From the sequence record MT679221.1: a DNA stretch of 64,000 nucleotides; one strand, written 5' to 3'. The notes beneath the pieces are model-generated. The model searched no databases. It was not told where the DNA came from and saw only the letters and a program-made list of their open reading frames with translations. Below are positions 18,350-26,360 of the stretch, piece after piece; within the stretch, counting starts at the first letter, position 1, and every line of letters starts with the position of its first letter. A program made the position numbers and the translations under genes.

Positions 18350-19261
18350 ATGGCTAGAGATTTGCGCACATACAGTAGTTATAGGCAAATGCTAAATCGT
18401 TGTCTAAATAAGAAAAATCACAACTACCCTTACTACGGTGGGAGAGGTATTAAAATCTGTGATCGGTGGTTAAATTCCTACTCTAATTTTCTTGAAGATA
18501 TGGGTGTTCGACCACAAGGTACGACGCTCGACCGCATCGACAGTACGTTAGATTATACTCCGGAAAACTGCCGTTGGTCGGGTAGATCTTTACAGTCTTA
18601 CAATCGGCGTAATGGCCACTGGCTTACATTGTATTACGATAATGTAAACTCCTTTACTGATGATGAGTTAAAAAATTATCGTAATATCAAAGATTTAAAC
18701 GAAATGATCGAAAAATGGCAGAAGCGCTATCCACTGTCGAGAGCCGAAGGCGGTGTCAGGTTTGTTGAAAGTCGAAACGGTATAGCAGTCTTTGTACTTT
18801 TTAGCAAAACACCACCTGGCGATATACCTGTAGGTCGGTCGATTGGTAAACTAACCTCAGTTAGAGCAGTAAAAGTTAACAAGATCGGTATCGTTTCATA
18901 CGAGTGGTTGTGTGAGTGTGGAAACACTATAATCTCGGATACGAGGCAGGTGCGGCTACGTATAACGCCCTCGTGTGGTTGCGAGCTTCGCAAAGAACGC
19001 GAGTTACGTGGCTACGGCAAGGGATACCGATCTCGAGTATCGTACATCTCATGGCAAACAATGAGAACCAAACTCACCAATACAAAGCACGAATCTTATC
19101 GACGTGGAGGGGGTGCCGGTTATACATGCTGTGAACACTGGTCTAAGTACGAAAACTTTCTAGCTGATATGGGTGAGCCTGAAAATAAAAATTTCACCCT
19201 TAAAATTAAGGACGGAGAAAAAGTCTTTAATAAAGAAAACTGTTATTGGCAGCCGAAGTAA
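18350..19261 (+). CDS. Free-standing HNH homing endonuclease with two HNH-like domains
   Basis: YGGRGIKICDRW...TLDRID...YTPENCRW..Q.YNRR, then CECG...SCGC, then a second degenerate copy ending ENCYW. Confidence 0.88.
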   Translation: MARDLRTYSSYRQMLNRCLNKKNHNYPYYGGRGIKICDRWLNSYSNFLEDMGVRPQGTTLDRIDSTLDYTPENCRWSGRSLQSYNRRNGHWLTLYYDNVNSFTDDELKNYRNIKDLNEMIEKWQKRYPLSRAEGGVRFVESRNGIAVFVLFSKTPPGDIPVGRSIGKLTSVRAVKVNKIGIVSYEWLCECGNTIISDTRQVRLRITPSCGCELRKERELRGYGKGYRSRVSYISWQTMRTKLTNTKHESYRRGGGAGYTCCEHWSKYENFLADMGEPENKNFTLKIKDGEKVFNKENCYWQPK

Positions 19262-19281
19262 TGAAACCCGCATCTAAGTCG

Positions 19282-19318
19282 TACCCTCTCCTTCGGGAGA
19301 GGGTATCTTCATTTTTTT
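19282..19318 (+). terminator. Intrinsic terminator with cUUCGg loop
   Basis: TACCCTCTCC-TTCG-GGAGAGGGTA followed by a T-tract. Confidence 0.9.
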
Positions 19319-19336
19319 ATCTTAAGGAGTATGTAA

Positions 19337-19699
19337 ATGCAAATCGGTTTCTTCTTTAATCGTCACGGAATCGTGTTTGTTTGTGGAGTTGCGGATAGCG
19401 CCGGGAGACGTGTACGCACGTTAGAACTCGACGAATCATCTATGGTCGAGTGGAAAGAGAAACTTGCTCCCTTCGCAGAAGGTAAGTTTCAACTGCTGCA
19501 GCTCTACACGCAAGCTGCATCACCACGCGTTGCTTTCTCCCGACTTGGAGACGGCGAAGACACCACACACCTGGTTATCTTCAGTGGGCAGCCTGGTCGT
19601 GTATTGAGCGAATTATTGATGGGATTCAATCCGCCTAGCAAGCCCAGGATGAATACGTACAATGTGCACGACAGTAGCCAAATTCTTATTCTTCGATAA
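19337..19699 (+). CDS. Hypothetical protein
   Basis: 120 aa with AAGGAG SD. Confidence 0.72.
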   Translation: MQIGFFFNRHGIVFVCGVADSAGRRVRTLELDESSMVEWKEKLAPFAEGKFQLLQLYTQAASPRVAFSRLGDGEDTTHLVIFSGQPGRVLSELLMGFNPPSKPRMNTYNVHDSSQILILR

Positions 19700-19747
19700 T
19701 TTACGGCCACGGCTGTACGTATGTAAAAGACCTCAAGGAGAACTATA

Positions 19748-20170
19748 ATGAACAATATCGCGTTTGAAAAAGGCGTTGGTTTACTTCTGAACAACACCAT
19801 CGTCGCTGGCACTAATAACGCTAACTGGGAAGCGTTAGCGCAACGTCTCAAAGACAAGCCTGTGAAGATTGTGGTAACGAGCGAGCTGCCGTTAAACGGC
19901 ACGATGGCGGACTGTGGTCCAATGTTTGCAGCGTTTAACGTCGACTATGATTGCGGTTCCGCTTTCTTACAAAACGCGGCGTTACGTAGTCGTCTGTACA
20001 GCTGGCGTTTGTTGGGTCCGGTAAGTAAAGCCGCTGGCCAGATGGTTAACCAGGGCACACCGATGTCGGGTGTAGAAGACCAGACTATCGCCGTTGTGGT
20101 TTCTCGCGCAACCGGCCAGCTTAACTTTGCAATCTGCTATGCGTATCAGGAGGAAGAAGTCTGTGCCTAG
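19748..20170 (+). CDS. Hypothetical protein
   Basis: 140 aa with AAGGAG SD. Confidence 0.75.
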   Translation: MNNIAFEKGVGLLLNNTIVAGTNNANWEALAQRLKDKPVKIVVTSELPLNGTMADCGPMFAAFNVDYDCGSAFLQNAALRSRLYSWRLLGPVSKAAGQMVNQGTPMSGVEDQTIAVVVSRATGQLNFAICYAYQEEEVCA

Positions 20171-21032
20171 CATCATTCAGCAAGTTCAGGCAGTCGAAGA
20201 GTGGTTTCGCAAGACGGATATTTACCAACAGAAAGCGACTGAGCGTCAGTTGGTAAAGTATTACGTCACACTCGGCAGAATCTCAGCAGGTGTCGATGAA
20301 CTGGATAACCTAAAGGTGGCTGCCGGTATCGGCGAGTCTATTTGGACATTTGCCGCGCTGCTACACCTCGGTCCACATTCTAACTTCGGCGATATTATCG
20401 TTCCGCTGAGTGACGCGCTATCCGTTCGTACTACAACTGGAACGAAAGAAGGGCAGCTGCAGCAACTCATGTTAATTGCGGTCGAGGCCGTTAGTGTTGT
20501 TTTGCGAGAACCAGAACACGACCCTAAGAGTTACAGCGCGCTGCTTCGTAAGTTGATGAGGCAGTATCAATTGTTAGCGTGTCGCTGCGGGCTGGAGTTT
20601 GACCGCGTTGTTTTTAACGGTCATCGTAAGCTCGTTAAGACTCCCGAAACATTAAGCACGCTCGGCGAACTGCTTAAAGCAACGTTGCCGTTACCCGATG
20701 TCGATTTGGCGAAACAAACCTATCAGGCGGTGTACAAAACCAACGAGTCAGTTCACGACATTATTGTAAATTGCCTTTTGGCCACATCGAACGATTTACA
20801 AACCAAACATAACGGTGAAGTCGCCATGCCGCAGCTATTGCTGCGGATGGAGGACATTATGAACGAAAAGCTGCAAGAGCTTCTCAAGGCGCACTTTGAA
20901 CCGTGGATAGTAAGAAAACAAATGTTGTTCAATCGTAACCCTCGTGTTGATGTTAAGTTCGATGGTAACGCTGTAAACATTTGTGCGAACGATGATTTAA
21001 GAGACATTTTGAATTTATTGAAAGGAAAATAA
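20163..21032 (+). CDS. Degenerate MazG-like (all-alpha NTP pyrophosphatase fold) protein
   Basis: GTG at 20163 after AGGAGG. W...DI...[13 protein letters not shown]...AAGIGES aligns with the 24394 ORF (W...GI...QATKLYEEDGEA...MDGIGDA) but lacks the acidic metal ligands. Confidence 0.5.
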   Translation: MPSIIQQVQAVEEWFRKTDIYQQKATERQLVKYYVTLGRISAGVDELDNLKVAAGIGESIWTFAALLHLGPHSNFGDIIVPLSDALSVRTTTGTKEGQLQQLMLIAVEAVSVVLREPEHDPKSYSALLRKLMRQYQLLACRCGLEFDRVVFNGHRKLVKTPETLSTLGELLKATLPLPDVDLAKQTYQAVYKTNESVHDIIVNCLLATSNDLQTKHNGEVAMPQLLLRMEDIMNEKLQELLKAHFEPWIVRKQMLFNRNPRVDVKFDGNAVNICANDDLRDILNLLKGK

Positions 21033-21034
21033 TT

Positions 21035-22072
21035 GTGAAACAATATCTTGAGATGATGCAAAACATTCTGGATGAGGGTCATGTTAAAGGCGATCGTACT
21101 GGAACAGGGACGCTTTCTGTCTTTGGACGCCAGATGCGTTTTGATTTGCGTAAAGGTTTCCCGCTAGTCACGACTAAGAAACTCCACCTGCGTTCTATTA
21201 TCCACGAACTGCTGTGGTTCCTTAGTGGGGATACCAACACCAAATATCTGGAAGATAACGGCGTTACCATTTGGCGGGAGTGGCAAGATGAAAATGGGAA
21301 CCTTGGCCCCCTGTATGGTGCACAATGGAGACGTTGGAAAGATGCGAAACTGGTTCCTAAGAAAAATGCAGCTTTACTCGAGAAACTGCAAGCTGCTGGA
21401 TACGCGGATTATGGCGACGCGGACGACGGTTCACAAATGTTCGATGCGCGTGTACTTCTGAAAGAGCACGACCAGATCTCTAAGGTGATTGACCAGCTGC
21501 GTAACGATCCTGACAGTCGCCGTATTATTGTCAGCGCATGGAACGTGGGTGAGTTGGATCAAATGGCGTTAGCTCCGTGTCATGCGTTCTTTCAGTTCTA
21601 CACTCGTGAGCTGTCCATCGACGAGCGTCTTGATTGGTTTGAAAAGAACCTTCCAGATCAATTTAACGATTCCCGCTTTAGTAATGAAGCTGTAGCAGAT
21701 GACGCAGTGTTCCACGTTGAGATGGACGCACTTGAAATACCTCGCCGCATTCTTTCATGTCAGCTCTATCAACGCAGTGCGGATTTTTTCCTCGGCGTGC
21801 CGTTCAACATCGCGTCTTACGCATTACTCGTGCACATGGTTGCCCAGCAGGTTAACATGGTGCCGGGCGATTTCATTTGGACGGGCGGTGACACACATCT
21901 CTACTCTAATCATCTGGAGCAGGCCAAGCTGCAGCTGACGCGTGAGCCGTTACCTTTACCGAAACTGATCATCAAGCGTAAACCGGAATCTATCTTCGAT
22001 TATAAATTCGAAGATTTTGAGATCGTTGGGTATCAGTCTCATGAAAAAATATCTGCACCGGTGGCTATCTAA
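21035..22072 (+). CDS. thyA: Thymidylate synthase with two insertions
   Basis: [56 protein letters not shown] and C-terminal PVAI. Confidence 0.97.
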   Translation: MKQYLEMMQNILDEGHVKGDRTGTGTLSVFGRQMRFDLRKGFPLVTTKKLHLRSIIHELLWFLSGDTNTKYLEDNGVTIWREWQDENGNLGPLYGAQWRRWKDAKLVPKKNAALLEKLQAAGYADYGDADDGSQMFDARVLLKEHDQISKVIDQLRNDPDSRRIIVSAWNVGELDQMALAPCHAFFQFYTRELSIDERLDWFEKNLPDQFNDSRFSNEAVADDAVFHVEMDALEIPRRILSCQLYQRSADFFLGVPFNIASYALLVHMVAQQVNMVPGDFIWTGGDTHLYSNHLEQAKLQLTREPLPLPKLIIKRKPESIFDYKFEDFEIVGYQSHEKISAPVAI

Positions 22073-22084
22073 TTAGGAGCGTTT

Positions 22085-22621
22085 ATGGCTGACAACGTCG
22101 TTCCCTTCAAGCCTAAAGCGGTGGTTGCTACGGACGAACCGCCGTTTATTCCTATCAACGGACAGAAGATCATCGAGTTTCCAGACGAACATCGTGGACA
22201 ATTGCACGTTCCACAACCAGACGGTACAATGAAAGCCATCGGTTTCCCGATAGCTGAACAAGAATGGTGGACGCTTCTGGCTATCCAGATGATGTCGCGT
22301 GGTCTGGGTATGTCTACGGAACCTGTCGTTCGCATTAATACCGACCCGTATATCCACGAACAAGGCAGTTGGATGGAACGGCGTCGGACAATGGAAATCC
22401 AGATTAGCAAAGAAACACTTTTGCAAATCGCTGAGTCCACACCCTTTATCCTGACCTCGTCTTTTAACGGAGATATGGATGAAGACCTCTACATGCACCT
22501 TTCAGGCTTAGCAGCTGAGCACCGTATTGCAGAAGAAGAGCCTATCTATACCGAAGCGATGATTATCCATCCGACCGGCTTAGAAGGTAATACCTTTAAA
22601 CTGATTTGGGTGGAGCTATGA
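22085..22621 (+). CDS. Hypothetical protein
   Basis: 178 aa with AGGAG SD. Confidence 0.75.
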   Translation: MADNVVPFKPKAVVATDEPPFIPINGQKIIEFPDEHRGQLHVPQPDGTMKAIGFPIAEQEWWTLLAIQMMSRGLGMSTEPVVRINTDPYIHEQGSWMERRRTMEIQISKETLLQIAESTPFILTSSFNGDMDEDLYMHLSGLAAEHRIAEEEPIYTEAMIIHPTGLEGNTFKLIWVEL

Positions 22622-22869
22622 CTGACCGACTCAGTAAAACAATTCGACTACCACAACAGCGTAATGTTCGCAAAGGCGATGTTTTCACGGCGGAAGAATG
22701 GGTTGCATTAAAGGCCCTGTTCCCAGACGAAACCGATTCGCATGTCGTCCAAATGGCATTGAAAGAGTTTGCAAAGAACGCTCCTGAAATGCTGCTGCGT
22801 AAGAAAGAAGAAGAACTGAATATGCTCCGTAACAGCGTAGACGTTCTCTTTAAAACAATGGAGAAATAA
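22618..22869 (+). CDS. Small hypothetical protein, possibly ribbon-helix-helix DNA-binding
   Basis: ATG at 22618 (ATGA overlap, GGAG SD); FTAEEWVALKAL...DSHVVQMALKEF resembles an RHH helix pair. Confidence 0.6.
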   Translation: MTDRLSKTIRLPQQRNVRKGDVFTAEEWVALKALFPDETDSHVVQMALKEFAKNAPEMLLRKKEEELNMLRNSVDVLFKTMEK

Positions 22870-22870
22870 G

Positions 22871-23638
22871 ATGATGAAACTCTTTGCGTTCTCCGATGAA
22901 TTCTACACGGTGGAATTCGACGACTACGAATACGGGTTATTAGGGGCCGTCGACATGGAGGACGCCAAACGGCAGCTTCCTACTAGCGAAATAGAAATCA
23001 TTGAGATTGGGGAAACTAATCTTAGTGGGATTTTGATGCTGGGGCGGCGACCACGACCTGCGGAACCTGAGCAGGAAAGAGAGCAAGCGCAAGCGATTTG
23101 TCTGGTTTATGAGCCGATAGACCCTGCAGCGATAGCGAAGGTAGTCGATACGCTACGGCCACAGATTGGCGTCGCGATTGAAAATTATCGCTGGGCTCGT
23201 TTCCCAGGCGATACGCCGATATTTTCGAATAAGCACTGGTTGTTATGCATCAACAACGACACGATAATGGTACCTTTAACAGGGGAGAAGAATTTTGAAG
23301 ATAACTTCGTCCCTGGCGAAGAGTCTGTTATCTTCGAGTATACCCATGTCATCGGAAAGCCGAGCTTCTACCAAGTTCTGATTGATGTCTTGACTCACGT
23401 CGGTCGAACCATCGAATACCACTACTGGGCACGCCATGCGCGTTTTAAATGGTTCTCGTTGACGTACGTCGAAGGTTGGGAACGTGTTGTTGAAAAGATT
23501 GACGGGCGCTATGAGCAGATTTGGTTCCTGAACCCGGCATTCCGTGAAGAATTACCCGCATGGGTAAAAGAAGAGGCGAGCAAGCTGACGGTTGGCTTTA
23601 CTAAGCAGGGCGCGCCGTATATGGTTAACTACAAATAA
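22871..23638 (+). CDS. Hypothetical protein
   Basis: 255 aa, starts 1 nt after the previous stop codon. Confidence 0.75.
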   Translation: MMKLFAFSDEFYTVEFDDYEYGLLGAVDMEDAKRQLPTSEIEIIEIGETNLSGILMLGRRPRPAEPEQEREQAQAICLVYEPIDPAAIAKVVDTLRPQIGVAIENYRWARFPGDTPIFSNKHWLLCINNDTIMVPLTGEKNFEDNFVPGEESVIFEYTHVIGKPSFYQVLIDVLTHVGRTIEYHYWARHARFKWFSLTYVEGWERVVEKIDGRYEQIWFLNPAFREELPAWVKEEASKLTVGFTKQGAPYMVNYK

Positions 23639-23649
23639 GGTGAAAACAG

Positions 23650-24129
23650 ATGTCTATAACTCGGATCGATTATCGCGCCGTAGTAAAAGAACTGTCCAAA
23701 GGTCTTATCGAACTGGACTCCGATGAAGCCCGTAGCTGTGGCTTTTTACCGCATATTGCACTGAGCGAGTTCCGCACTATCCGCTATGGCGCTGGTCGTC
23801 AGAAAGGCGTTACAACACACGCTGTTGATATGTCAGCAAAGTTCCACGGCAGCGTTCTGTATCTGGTTCACAATGAAGCGTTACGGAGCGAAGTGGTGGA
23901 GAAATTCCATGAAAAAGCCGCTGGGAACGGTTGGCTGACCGTGCACTGTAACTACTTGCCTGAGGGTTGGAAACGCGCGACGGGTGCTGGTATATCCGGC
24001 TACGAGAAATTCGGCTTGGTTATTGTCGACGAAGCGGGTTTCTTCTTCAACAAGTTCAGTTACGATAAAATCTATCGCAGTCTGGTCGACGTAGTAACGC
24101 CAGACGTTGTGATACACCTGATTAATTAA
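23650..24129 (+). CDS. Minimal P-loop NTPase-like protein
   Basis: Walker A-like GAGRQKGVTT (Lys replaced by Val) and Walker B LVIVDEAGFF. Confidence 0.62.
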   Translation: MSITRIDYRAVVKELSKGLIELDSDEARSCGFLPHIALSEFRTIRYGAGRQKGVTTHAVDMSAKFHGSVLYLVHNEALRSEVVEKFHEKAAGNGWLTVHCNYLPEGWKRATGAGISGYEKFGLVIVDEAGFFFNKFSYDKIYRSLVDVVTPDVVIHLIN

Positions 24130-24141
24130 GTAGAGGAAAAT

Positions 24142-24330
24142 ATGGCTGGAGAACTCGGTCGTGGGCAAGCCACAACGTTCATGTATCGCGATGGGTTAGG
24201 TGCGGATGTAAACATGTCTCCGGATGACGAGATGGTTATCCCTGGACTTGACCCTGACGCAGGTGTGGAAGGTGGCGTTGACCCGTCGAAAGACGACGAC
24301 AACTGCACCGGTGGTGCGTGCAAGATTTAA
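24142..24330 (+). CDS. 62-aa peptide resembling the C-terminal redox tail of ribonucleotide reductase alpha (NrdA)
   Basis: Own GAGG SD and ATG; ends DDDNCTGGACKI-stop (compare E. coli NrdA ...DDGCESGACKI); terminator immediately follows. Confidence 0.72.
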   Translation: MAGELGRGQATTFMYRDGLGADVNMSPDDEMVIPGLDPDAGVEGGVDPSKDDDNCTGGACKI

Positions 24331-24339
24331 AATACGTAT

Positions 24340-24375
24340 TAGGGTGTCCATATGGACACCCTACTTATTTTTTTT
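24340..24375 (+). terminator. Intrinsic terminator
   Basis: TAGGGTGTCC-ATAT-GGACACCCTA followed by a T-tract. Confidence 0.9.
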
Positions 24376-24393
24376 GTTTAAGGAGCTATCAAA

Positions 24394-25335
24394 ATGGGCG
24401 ACCGTTTCATTATCCAGATTCCGTATAACGTTATTGTTGAACCTAACCAGTACCTGACACAGATTAATGAGCTTCTGGCTGGATTCTGCCAACGTCAGTT
24501 TGTTGAACCGTGGTCCTTTGAGAAACTGTACACTCTGTGCGTGAACAGTGAAACCGGTCACACTTACGTCGAAGGTAAAGTCTTCACAGGCGACCAGAGT
24601 TTGGAAATAAATGATTTCGAAATGCCGTGGACGTTGGAAGGTGTCGAGTATCGTGGTACGGTTGATCGTCCGCGCTACGTACCTTTGTACACCATCCCAC
24701 AATGTATTACTAACGTTATGGGTTGGTCTAAAGCGCGTGGTATTCTGGATAACGGCGTCTGGTATAGCCAAGCCACCAAACTCTACGAAGAAGACGGTGA
24801 AGCGGCAACCGGTATCAGTAAAAACAAACGTCGTTACATCATGGACGGTATCGGTGATGCTCTGGTCGTGTTGGTTAACTTGATGGAACTCATTAAGTTT
24901 GACTCAACCGATATCACCACATACGTCAACGACGCACGTTCAAAGAAACCACACGCCGGGAACAGTCATTACCTGTTCCACAAAATGCGTTTCCATCTTA
25001 CTTGTGCGGTTGATTATATCTGGGATCAGGCAGGCATCGACTCAGCTAAGCAACTCGAATATAAACACTTCGAAAACAGCGACGCGGTAATGATCGAATG
25101 TCACTTCGCTCAGATGGTCGAATACGCCAATGCGCTGGCTAATGCGTACGATATGACTCTGGAACAGTGCTTCTCTCTGGCATGGGATGAAATCAAAGAC
25201 CGTAAGGGTTTCCTGAACGCGGACGGTATCTTCGTTAAAGAAGCAGACATGACCGCTGCTGAGATCGAAGTAAACGGTTCCCTTACTGTAAAAGATGAGG
25301 CGTTTACCGATGGCGAAGAAACTGTTCACGGTTGA
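24394..25335 (+). CDS. MazG-like nucleotide pyrophosphohydrolase with N-terminal extension and internal insertion
   Basis: W..ARGI...Q.TKLYEEDGEA..I.K....DGIGDALVVLVNL ... LEQCFSLAWDEIKDRKG.....FVKE is the phage MazG-like signature. Confidence 0.85.
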   Translation: MGDRFIIQIPYNVIVEPNQYLTQINELLAGFCQRQFVEPWSFEKLYTLCVNSETGHTYVEGKVFTGDQSLEINDFEMPWTLEGVEYRGTVDRPRYVPLYTIPQCITNVMGWSKARGILDNGVWYSQATKLYEEDGEAATGISKNKRRYIMDGIGDALVVLVNLMELIKFDSTDITTYVNDARSKKPHAGNSHYLFHKMRFHLTCAVDYIWDQAGIDSAKQLEYKHFENSDAVMIECHFAQMVEYANALANAYDMTLEQCFSLAWDEIKDRKGFLNADGIFVKEADMTAAEIEVNGSLTVKDEAFTDGEETVHG

Positions 25336-25732
25336 TTACGACGAATACGTTGATCGTTTACTGGTCAACAATATCGTCTGGGAAGACCACGGTCTAATGC
25401 CATGGCATCTGAAATTCCTAGCGGAGCGTTCAGAACAATGCGGTGGTTTGGAGTTCGTACTCACCGACACACCAATTCCGGTACCTCACATTGCGCCGGT
25501 AGAAAATCTGTACTTCTTCGATGCTAATGTGAAGTTATTACAGCAGGTACTCTATACGCACGACTGGCGTGGTGGTTGTCAGTTCCCAGAGAACGTTTTA
25601 AAGCTCTCTGAGCGATTCGGCACCGACATTGCATATTGCCAAACGTTTCCAAAAGACTTGGGACGAAACAGTGTGGTGTTGTGGTATTACCCTCCGGTAG
25701 AAGATATCGTAAAAGTGATTATCGAACGCTAA
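25310..25732 (+). CDS. Hypothetical protein
   Basis: ATG at 25310 after GAGG; overlaps the MazG gene's 3' end. Confidence 0.7.
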   Translation: MAKKLFTVDYDEYVDRLLVNNIVWEDHGLMPWHLKFLAERSEQCGGLEFVLTDTPIPVPHIAPVENLYFFDANVKLLQQVLYTHDWRGGCQFPENVLKLSERFGTDIAYCQTFPKDLGRNSVVLWYYPPVEDIVKVIIER

Positions 25733-25785
25733 AAATAAAAGCAAACGAGTACCCCTAACGGGGTACTCGCATTACTTATTTTTTT
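25733..25785. terminator. Bidirectional intrinsic terminator
   Basis: CGAGTACCCC-TAAC-GGGGTACTCG with A- and T-tracts, between convergent genes. Confidence 0.88.
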
Positions 25786-25786
25786 G

Positions 25787-26338
25787 TTACGCTTGAGCCA
25801 TGTCGGAAACGTCATAAACCAAACCGTTCAACTCAGTAACGGTAATCAGTTTACTGATATCGACACCATCGCTCGGAACTTCGGTCAAATAAACCTCAAC
25901 CGTACCTGTCCACGCCAGCGACTTTCCATTGAAGCGCAGATTGTGTTTCGTAGAAGATGTCATTGACTCGTTTGCGTAGATCTCCGATGCGTCAATCATC
26001 CAGTTATACTTAGCCTGCAATAACGGGACAAGATCAGCAGCAGTAGATGCGCTACTACCATCTACAGACAACACGACGTTCTCAAAGAGATGAGCAACAT
26101 CCAACCGACGATAAGTAAGTCCCATCTTACCGAACGTACCCTTCTCAACGATACCAGAAACATCAAGACTGGTGTTCAGTCTGGTGTATTGCTCTGGGTC
26201 AGGATCGGCTGCGGTGATGTGTGCCGGGTTACCGAACGACAATTTATCGATGGTCACGCCCTTGCCAGTCAGTCCAGGATTCTGAGACACGATGAGATCG
26301 TAAACCAACTCTTTTGCGGTCTTTCCAAATAAACTCAT
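25787..26338 (-). CDS. Virion (baseplate/tail fibre family) protein
   Basis: LSFGNP...NTSL.V.G....G...LTYRRLD...SLAWTG pattern typical of the phiKZ-like tail/baseplate paralog N-domain. Confidence 0.7.
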   Translation of the reverse strand: MSLFGKTAKELVYDLIVSQNPGLTGKGVTIDKLSFGNPAHITAADPDPEQYTRLNTSLDVSGIVEKGTFGKMGLTYRRLDVAHLFENVVLSVDGSSASTAADLVPLLQAKYNWMIDASEIYANESMTSSTKHNLRFNGKSLAWTGTVEVYLTEVPSDGVDISKLITVTELNGLVYDVSDMAQA

Positions 26339-26360
26339 AACGCACTACCTCTATGGTATA

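Larger units (their letters stand above)
18291..19318 (+). mobile_element. Homing endonuclease cassette bracketed by terminators
   Basis: HNH ORF that is visibly more AT-rich than its neighbours, with a terminator on each side. Confidence 0.55.

Noticed and set aside
22871-25732. Similar N-termini of the 22871 and 25310 ORFs (KLF...TV(D/E)(Y/F)D(E/D)Y..LL)
   Set aside because: The similarity is limited to about 15 residues and could be chance.
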